The notes beneath the pieces are model-generated. The model was given only the letters and a program-made list of their open reading frames with translations. It was not told the DNA's origin and ran no database searches. Made by a program: the position numbers and the translations under genes. Shown here piece after piece: positions 57,747-64,000 of a DNA stretch of 64,000 bases (position 1 is the first letter of the stretch; every line of letters begins with the position of its first letter). This DNA is from an uncultured Chloroflexia bacterium (lineage in GTDB: Bacteria > Chloroflexota > Limnocylindria > Limnocylindrales > CSP1-4): assembly GCA_963813535.1 (NCBI GenBank), contig CAWEZH010000003.1, positions 320,001-384,000 on the forward strand. The letters run 5' to 3'.

Positions 57747-59882
57747 ATGGCCGCCGTGACGACCGATCTCGACCGCCTCGCCATCGACACGATCCGGACC
57801 CTGTCGATCGACGGCGTCCAGGAGGCGAATTCCGGCCACCCTGGGGCGCCGATGGGCGCGGCCCCGATGGCGTACGTCTTGTGGACGCGCTTCCTGCGCC
57901 ACGCGCCGACGCATCCGGACTGGCCTGATCGTGACCGGTTCGTCCTGTCGGCCGGGCACGCATCGATGCTGCTGTACTCGCTGCTCCACCTGACGGGCTA
58001 CGACCTGCCCCTCGACGAGTTGCGCTCGTTCCGGCAGTGGGGATCGCGGACGCCGGGGCATCCAGAATCGGGGCTGACGCCGGGGGTCGAAGCGACGACC
58101 GGGCCGCTCGGCCAGGGCTTCGCCAACGCCGTCGGCATGGCCATCGCGGAGCGGCGGCTGGCGTCCGAGTTCAACCGCGACGGCCACGAGATCGTCGATC
58201 ACTGGACGTACGTCATCGCGTCGGATGGCGACCTCCAGGAGGGCATCGCCTCGGAAGCTGCGTCGCTGGCCGGCCACCTTCGACTGCGCAAGCTCGTGGT
58301 CCTCTATGACGACAATCACGTCCAGCTCGACGGGCCGACATCGATGGCCTGGTCGGAGGACGTCCCGAAGCGCTTCGAGGCGTACGGCTGGCACGCGTCC
58401 CGGGTCGACGATGGCAACGACCTTGCCGCGATCGAGTCGGCGATCCGGGAGGCCCGTGAGGACGACCGACCCAGCCTGATCGCGGTGCGCACGCATATCG
58501 GGTTCGGCAGCCCGAACAAGCAGGATTCGCAGAAGGCGCATGGTTCGCCGCTTGGCCCCGACGAGGTCCGGCTCACCAAGGAGGCCTACGGCTGGGATCC
58601 CGATCGCACGTTCTACGTGCCGGCCGATGCGCTGTCCGTGTTCCGCCAGGCCGTGCAGGACGGGGAGCGGCGGTACGAGGAGTGGAACGAGAAGCTGGCA
58701 CGGTACGCGGACGGCCACGTCGACCAGGCCGAGGAGTTCCTGCGGCGGATCGCGGGCACGCTACGCCCGGGCTGGGATGCGGGTCTCAAGACCTACGCCG
58801 TCGGCGAGGAGATCGCGACGCGCAACGCGTCGCAGGACGCCATCCAGGCCCTCGCCGGTCCGGTGCCCGAGCTGTTCGGCGGCGCGGCCGACTTGTCCGA
58901 GTCGAACCTGACCGATGTCAAGGGCGAACCCCAGTTCGGTGCCGACGATCCGGGACGAAACCTGCGGTTCGGGGTCCGGGAGCACGGGATGGGTGGTGCG
59001 GCCAATGGCATCGCCTACCACGGCGGGTTCATCCCGTACGACGCCACGTTCCTGACATTCAGCGACTACATGCGCGGATCGGTCCGGCTCGGCGCGCTGG
59101 CTGGCCTGCACGTCATCCACGTCTGGACGCACGACTCGGTCGGGCTGGGCGAGGACGGACCGACCCACCAGTCGGTCGAGCACTACGCGGCCCTCCGCGC
59201 CATCCCGAACCTGTGGTTCGTCCGACCGGGCGACGCCAACGAGGCGACCGCAGCATGGGCGCTTGCCGTGGAGCGCCAGGACGGGCCGGTCGCGCTGGCA
59301 CTCACCCGCCAGAAGCTCCCCGTCCTGGCCGGCACGGCGGAGAAGGCACGTGACGGCGTCCAGCGGGGCGGCTACATCCTGCGCGAGGCTCGCGATGGCA
59401 CGCCCGACCTGATCCTCATGGCGACGGGTTCCGAGCTGCAGCTGGCGTTCGTCGCCGCCGAGGCCCTGGAGAAGGACGGGATCGCGACCCGCGTCGTGTC
59501 CCTCCCCTGCTGGGAGCGTTTCGACGCGCAGGATCAGGCGTATCGCGACGAGGTGCTGCCGCCGTCCGTGCGCAAGCGGGTGAGCGTCGAGGTCGGCGTG
59601 TCACTCGGCTGGGAGCGCTGGGTCGGCGACGAGGGCGCGATCATCGGGCTCGACCACTTCGGTGCCTCGGCGCCGGCCGGCACGATCTTCGAGCACTTCG
59701 GGTTCACGCCCGACCGGGTCGCCGACGTCGGGCGCCGGGTCGTTCGGGATGGCCTGAAGGGTCGCATCGGCACGCTCGACGGCGGCCATTTCGGGCACAT
59801 GGCCGGCAGCTCCCATCCGACGGTCAAGCCAGGGGAATCCGGGGTCGACCGGACGGGCGGGAGCGATCCGGGCCACAGCTGA
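57747..59882 (+). CDS. tkt: Transketolase
   Basis: [49 protein letters not shown] and [15 protein letters not shown]. Confidence 0.97.
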   Translation: MAAVTTDLDRLAIDTIRTLSIDGVQEANSGHPGAPMGAAPMAYVLWTRFLRHAPTHPDWPDRDRFVLSAGHASMLLYSLLHLTGYDLPLDELRSFRQWGSRTPGHPESGLTPGVEATTGPLGQGFANAVGMAIAERRLASEFNRDGHEIVDHWTYVIASDGDLQEGIASEAASLAGHLRLRKLVVLYDDNHVQLDGPTSMAWSEDVPKRFEAYGWHASRVDDGNDLAAIESAIREAREDDRPSLIAVRTHIGFGSPNKQDSQKAHGSPLGPDEVRLTKEAYGWDPDRTFYVPADALSVFRQAVQDGERRYEEWNEKLARYADGHVDQAEEFLRRIAGTLRPGWDAGLKTYAVGEEIATRNASQDAIQALAGPVPELFGGAADLSESNLTDVKGEPQFGADDPGRNLRFGVREHGMGGAANGIAYHGGFIPYDATFLTFSDYMRGSVRLGALAGLHVIHVWTHDSVGLGEDGPTHQSVEHYAALRAIPNLWFVRPGDANEATAAWALAVERQDGPVALALTRQKLPVLAGTAEKARDGVQRGGYILREARDGTPDLILMATGSELQLAFVAAEALEKDGIATRVVSLPCWERFDAQDQAYRDEVLPPSVRKRVSVEVGVSLGWERWVGDEGAIIGLDHFGASAPAGTIFEHFGFTPDRVADVGRRVVRDGLKGRIGTLDGGHFGHMAGSSHPTVKPGESGVDRTGGSDPGHS

Positions 59883-59910
59883 CCTGGACGACCGCTTCGT
59901 GCGGCCGTCG

Positions 59911-62410
59911 TCAGCTCCGCAACCGCTCCCCGCGCGGGTCGTAGAACGGCTCGCGGCTGACCGCACACGGGAACGGGTCGCCCCCGACCTCGACGCACCA
60001 GTCGTCGCCCTCGAGCGGACCGCGGACCCATGCCAGCGCAATGGACCCGCCGAGGGTCGGCGCGATCGAGGCACTGGTCACGTACCCGACCCGCTCGGGA
60101 CCTCTGAGCACGGACTCGCCATGCCAGAGCACCGCTGACGGGGCATGGAGCGACACGAGGCGACGCCGCCGCTCCCCTGCCGGCACGTCGCGCAGGCGTT
60201 CGAGGGCCGCCCGACCGACGAAGTCGACGACCTTCCTGCGAGAGACCGCGAAACCCAGACCGGCCGCGAAGGGGTCGTCGAGCGGACCCATGTCGTGGCC
60301 CCATGACCGGAAGCCCCGTTCCAGACGCGCAGCCTCGAACGCATATGCGCCCGCGTGCCGGAGCCCGAAGTCGGCGCCCGCGGCGAGGACATGCTCATAG
60401 AGGTCCGCGGCGAACTCGGTCGGCACCAGCAGCTCCCAGCCGAGCTCGCCGGTGAACGAGACGCGGAGCGCGAGAGCCTGCCCGCGCCCGACCTCGATCT
60501 CGCGCGCCTCGAGGAACGGCCACGCATCGTTCGACACGTCGGTGTCGGTGAGGTGGGCGAGCAGCTCCCGCGATCGCGGTCCGGCCAGATGGATCGTGGC
60601 CCAGCCCGACGTCACGTCGGTGACGACGGCACCGCCGAAGCTGCCGCTGGCCAGGCCGGCCCGGAGCAAGCCCTCGGTCCGGCGTTGGGTGACCGTCGGG
60701 GCAAGGACGAGGAACCGATCGTCATCGAGGCGGGTGATCGTGGGGTCCATCAGGATCCCGCCGCGCTCATCGGCGAGGATCGTGTAGACGATCCGGCCCA
60801 CGGGCACGTCGATGTCGGACGTGACGAGCCGCTGCAGGCCGGCCATCGCGCCCGGCCCCGTCACCTCGAACTTCGCATACGTCGTCAGGTCGTACACGGC
60901 CACGCCGTCGCGGGTCGCCCGGACCTCGTCGCCGACGGCGGGGAACCAGGACGGCTCGGTGTACGAGTATCGGACCGATGGGCCCGGCACTCCCCGCCGA
61001 CGGCTCGAACCACAACGGCCGCTCCCAGCCAGCGACCTGTCCCATCGCCGCACCCGCCGCCCGATACGCCGCATCCAGTGGCAGGCGCCGCACGCCTCGC
61101 GCCGTTTCGGGCTGCTTGCCGGGCCAGTGCATCGCGTAGAGCCCACCGAGCGTCTCGACCGTCCGCTCGTGAAGCCAGCGCCGCTGGCTCGCCCAGCGAC
61201 CCATCCGCGCGACATCGACCTCGACGAGGTCCATCGTCATCTGTTCGTTCAGGATCCACTCGGCCGCCGCTCGCCCCACGCCCGGGCCGAAGATGATCCC
61301 CTGCGAATTCAGGCCGGCGGCGACGAAGAGGCCGGGCACCTCGGGCACGAAGCCGAGCTGGAAGTTCGCGTCCGGCGTGAAGCTCTCCGGCCCGCGGAGG
61401 AAGTGTCCGAAGCCGAGGTCACCGAGTGCCGGCACCCGCGCCCGCGCCGCCGCCAGCACCGGGCCGAAGTGGTCCCAGTCCGGCCCGAGCTCGGCGAAGC
61501 CGTCGGTCGGGACGCCGGTCGGCGCCCACGGCTTGCCGTTCGGCTCGAACGCGCCGATGACGAACCGGCCCCCGTGATGGCGGATGTACAGGTAGCCGTC
61601 GAGGTCGCGCAGGAACGGGAGGTCCTCCGTCGCAGCCGGCGTCTCGTCGGTCATGACCCAGACGTGCTCGGCGGGGTACAGCGCGACGCTCGCGTCGGCG
61701 AGGCGTGCCAGCTCGGAGGTCCACAGGCCGGCCGCCAGGACGACGACCTCTGCCTCGACATCGCCGGCGGCCGTCGTGATGCCCGTGACGCGACGAGCGC
61801 CAGGTTCGCGACGGAACCCTGTGACCGTCGTCCCGGGCACGTACCGGACGCCGCGATCGACCGCGGCCCGCGCAAGCGCGAGGGCGGCCGCCCCCGGATT
61901 GATCGTGCCGTCGTCCGGGAAGAGCACGCCGCCGACGAGGTCGTCGACCACGGCCGCCGGCCACAGGGCACGGATGCGCTCGCGGTCGACGATCTCCGAT
62001 GGCAGTCCTGCGTCCCGCGCGATCGACACCGGCCGGCGGATCTCCTCGAATCGCTCCTCGGTCCGCGCGACCGTCAGCGACCCGACGCGGCGGAACCCGG
62101 GGTCGATGCCGGTCTCGCGGCCCACTCGCTCGTAGGTCTCGGCATTGATCCGGGCGAGCTCCGTGAGCGCGTGCGTGCCGCGCACCTGCGACACGAGCCC
62201 GGCCGCATGCCAGGTCGTCCCGTTCGTCAGGCTGCCACGCTCCACGAGCACGACGTCGGACTCGCCGGCCTGAGCGAGGTGGTACGCGATCGATGCCCCG
62301 ACGATCCCACCGCCGACGACCACGATCCGCGCGGCTGACGGCAGGGGCGAAACGGGCAGCATCGACGCGACGTCGAGATCACGGTTCGCCAGGTGTTCCG
62401 GAGCCGTCAT
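59911..62410 (-). CDS. FAD-dependent oxidoreductase, GcvT family (dimethylglycine/sarcosine dehydrogenase-like), frameshift near 60990
   Basis: [26 protein letters not shown] and GWERPLWF, then [28 protein letters not shown] and PFYDP. Confidence 0.9.
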
Positions 62411-62442
62411 CGCCGCGCCAGCGTACTGACTATCCTTCGGCC

Positions 62443-62901
62443 ATGCGCATCGCGTTCGCGGCCGACCACGCCGGGGCCGCCCTCAAGGACGAGCTGCTCC
62501 GTCGGATCGGCGAGGCGGATCTGGGTCATGAGCTCATCGATCTCGGCGGCGATGGCTCCGATCCCGCTGACGACTATCCCGACTTCGCCCAGCGCCTGGG
62601 TACGGCCATCCAGGCAGGCGATGCCGACCGCGGCATCCTCATCTGCGGCTCGGGCGTCGGGGCAAGCGTGGCCGCCAACAAGATGCGCGGCATCCGCTCG
62701 GCGGTGTGCCATGACACGTACTCGGCGCACCAGGGTGTCGAGCACGACGACATGAACGTGCTCACGCTGGGATCACGCGTCATCGGTCCCGAACCGGCAT
62801 ACGAGTGTGCTCTGGCATTCCTCGGCGCGACCTTCAGCGGCGAGCCGCGCCACAAGCGTCGCCTCGAGAAGGTGCTGGCGATCGAGGCTGCCGCCGACTG
62901 A
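62443..62901 (+). CDS. rpiB: Ribose-5-phosphate isomerase B
   Basis: [39 protein letters not shown] and RHKRR. Confidence 0.96.
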   Translation: MRIAFAADHAGAALKDELLRRIGEADLGHELIDLGGDGSDPADDYPDFAQRLGTAIQAGDADRGILICGSGVGASVAANKMRGIRSAVCHDTYSAHQGVEHDDMNVLTLGSRVIGPEPAYECALAFLGATFSGEPRHKRRLEKVLAIEAAAD

Positions 62902-62925
62902 CGCCGTCCCGCTCGGTCGGTCCGG

Positions 62926-64000
62926 CTAGTTGGTGGCGGCCGTCGAGTTCGCGACGACGATCGCGCTTCGGCCGATCCCGTCGTCGCCGTAGAGCGCGCC
63001 CACGGCGACGATGACGTCGCCGGCCACGACGGCGTCTGCCACCGACATCGACCCGTCGCCGGGCTCCGGCAAGGGTCGCCAGGCCCACCCATCGGGACTC
63101 GCCCACGCGCTCGCCCCGTCGATCGCCAGGACCCCGTGCTCGCCGGCGTCGACGATGATCGAGCCGCCATTCCCGACCGGCGAATCCTTCTCGGGCAACC
63201 GTGCCCAGGTCGTCCCGTCGCCGGACCACCAGCCGATCGGCTGCTCGGCGCACGCGGGATCCTCGGCGCTCGCGGCATTCGCTGCGCACTTGGGAGCCCA
63301 GAGCCCCTGCACGACATAGCCCCACCGACCGGTGACCAGTCGTGTCGCCACGACATCGGGCGTGGCGTCGATCGGAGTCGCGTCCCATGTCTCCCCATCG
63401 TCGGATCGGAGCAGGACCGGGGGCCCGCTCTCGGACCCGAGGGCGAAATAGCCCCGCTTCGTGGCATGCGGGTCGGTGACGGCGTCCGTGGCCGGCCCTC
63501 CGATCGGGACCTGCTCGAAGACCCGGCCGTCACGGGAGCGCCACACCACGGTCGCATCGTCGACATCGCTGCCGACGGCGATGACGCCCTCATCGCTGCC
63601 GGTCAACCAGCCCGGGTACGCACCGGCCGACCCGGGCACCTCGGTCAATCGCTCCCATGTCCGTCCATCGGGCGATCGGAAGAAGACCGCATGTGGCCGC
63701 TCAGCGGGGGCGCCGAGCGTCCCGACGCCGAGCGCGACGAATCCATGTGGCGCGGGCGTGACGTCGAGCATCTCGACCCCGTCGAACTCGCCCGGGGCGC
63801 CGACCGCCGACCACGTCTGGCCATCGAGCGAGAACCACGCCAGTCCATCGCGGGTCGCGCCGACGTCGCGGTACCCGACGGCAACGAACCCCTCGGGACC
63901 GGCGGTCACCGCGACGGCCTGCTCGCCGTCGCCCGGGTCCGGCGCGGCGACGCCGTCGGCGACGGACCACACGACGTCGGGCCACGGGATCACGTCGGCG
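62926..64000 (-). CDS. Exported beta-propeller/BNR-like repeat protein; 5' end outside the window
   Basis: Repeated GFVAVG...W.S.DG.TW motifs. Confidence 0.7.
   Translation of the reverse strand, partial: ADVIPWPDVVWSVADGVAAPDPGDGEQAVAVTAGPEGFVAVGYRDVGATRDGLAWFSLDGQTWSAVGAPGEFDGVEMLDVTPAPHGFVALGVGTLGAPAERPHAVFFRSPDGRTWERLTEVPGSAGAYPGWLTGSDEGVIAVGSDVDDATVVWRSRDGRVFEQVPIGGPATDAVTDPHATKRGYFALGSESGPPVLLRSDDGETWDATPIDATPDVVATRLVTGRWGYVVQGLWAPKCAANAASAEDPACAEQPIGWWSGDGTTWARLPEKDSPVGNGGSIIVDAGEHGVLAIDGASAWASPDGWAWRPLPEPGDGSMSVADAVVAGDVIVAVGALYGDDGIGRSAIVVANSTAATN

Noticed and set aside
56703-58718. 671-aa ORF
   Set aside because: The N-terminal half is antisense to tkt; the kinase begins near 57662.

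Overview
Very GC-rich bacterial chromosome segment. Taxonomy is inference only: sortase, DUF4012 and HspR suggest a monoderm, probably Chloroflexota or Actinomycetota-like, organism. Many single-base frameshifts suggest an error-prone long-read consensus. Left to right: (1) 1-10.3 kb, a minus-strand operon of transaldolase, a PEP-utiliser lacking an ATP-grasp domain, an HPr-kinase-like P-loop protein, a three-subunit xanthine-dehydrogenase-family molybdoenzyme and a truncated PPDK apparently fused to an Rv1126c-like domain; (2) a subtilase and a CDF metal exporter; (3) 13-35.7 kb, a lower-GC, heavily frameshifted surface-polysaccharide locus (gmd, fcl, GDP-mannose 3,5-epimerase, GTs, methyltransferases, Wzx/Wzy/Wzc, priming transferase) headed by an LPRTS-tailed Ig-like protein, a sortase with Ser in place of the catalytic Cys, and a DUF4012 protein; (4) PRC-barrel protein, pyrG, hsp20-hspR with a HAIR-like operator, a Tat amidase and a palindromic repeat cluster; (5) HAD/EamA/psuG, S9 and M14 peptidases, a ~4.9-kb repeat adhesin with an APETG tail, a PfkB kinase, tkt, a GcvT-family oxidoreductase and rpiB. 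No rRNA, tRNA, CRISPR-cas or transposase was recognised. The best candidates for undescribed systems are the Ser-sortase/DUF4012/polysaccharide module and the split-dikinase/molybdoenzyme operon.
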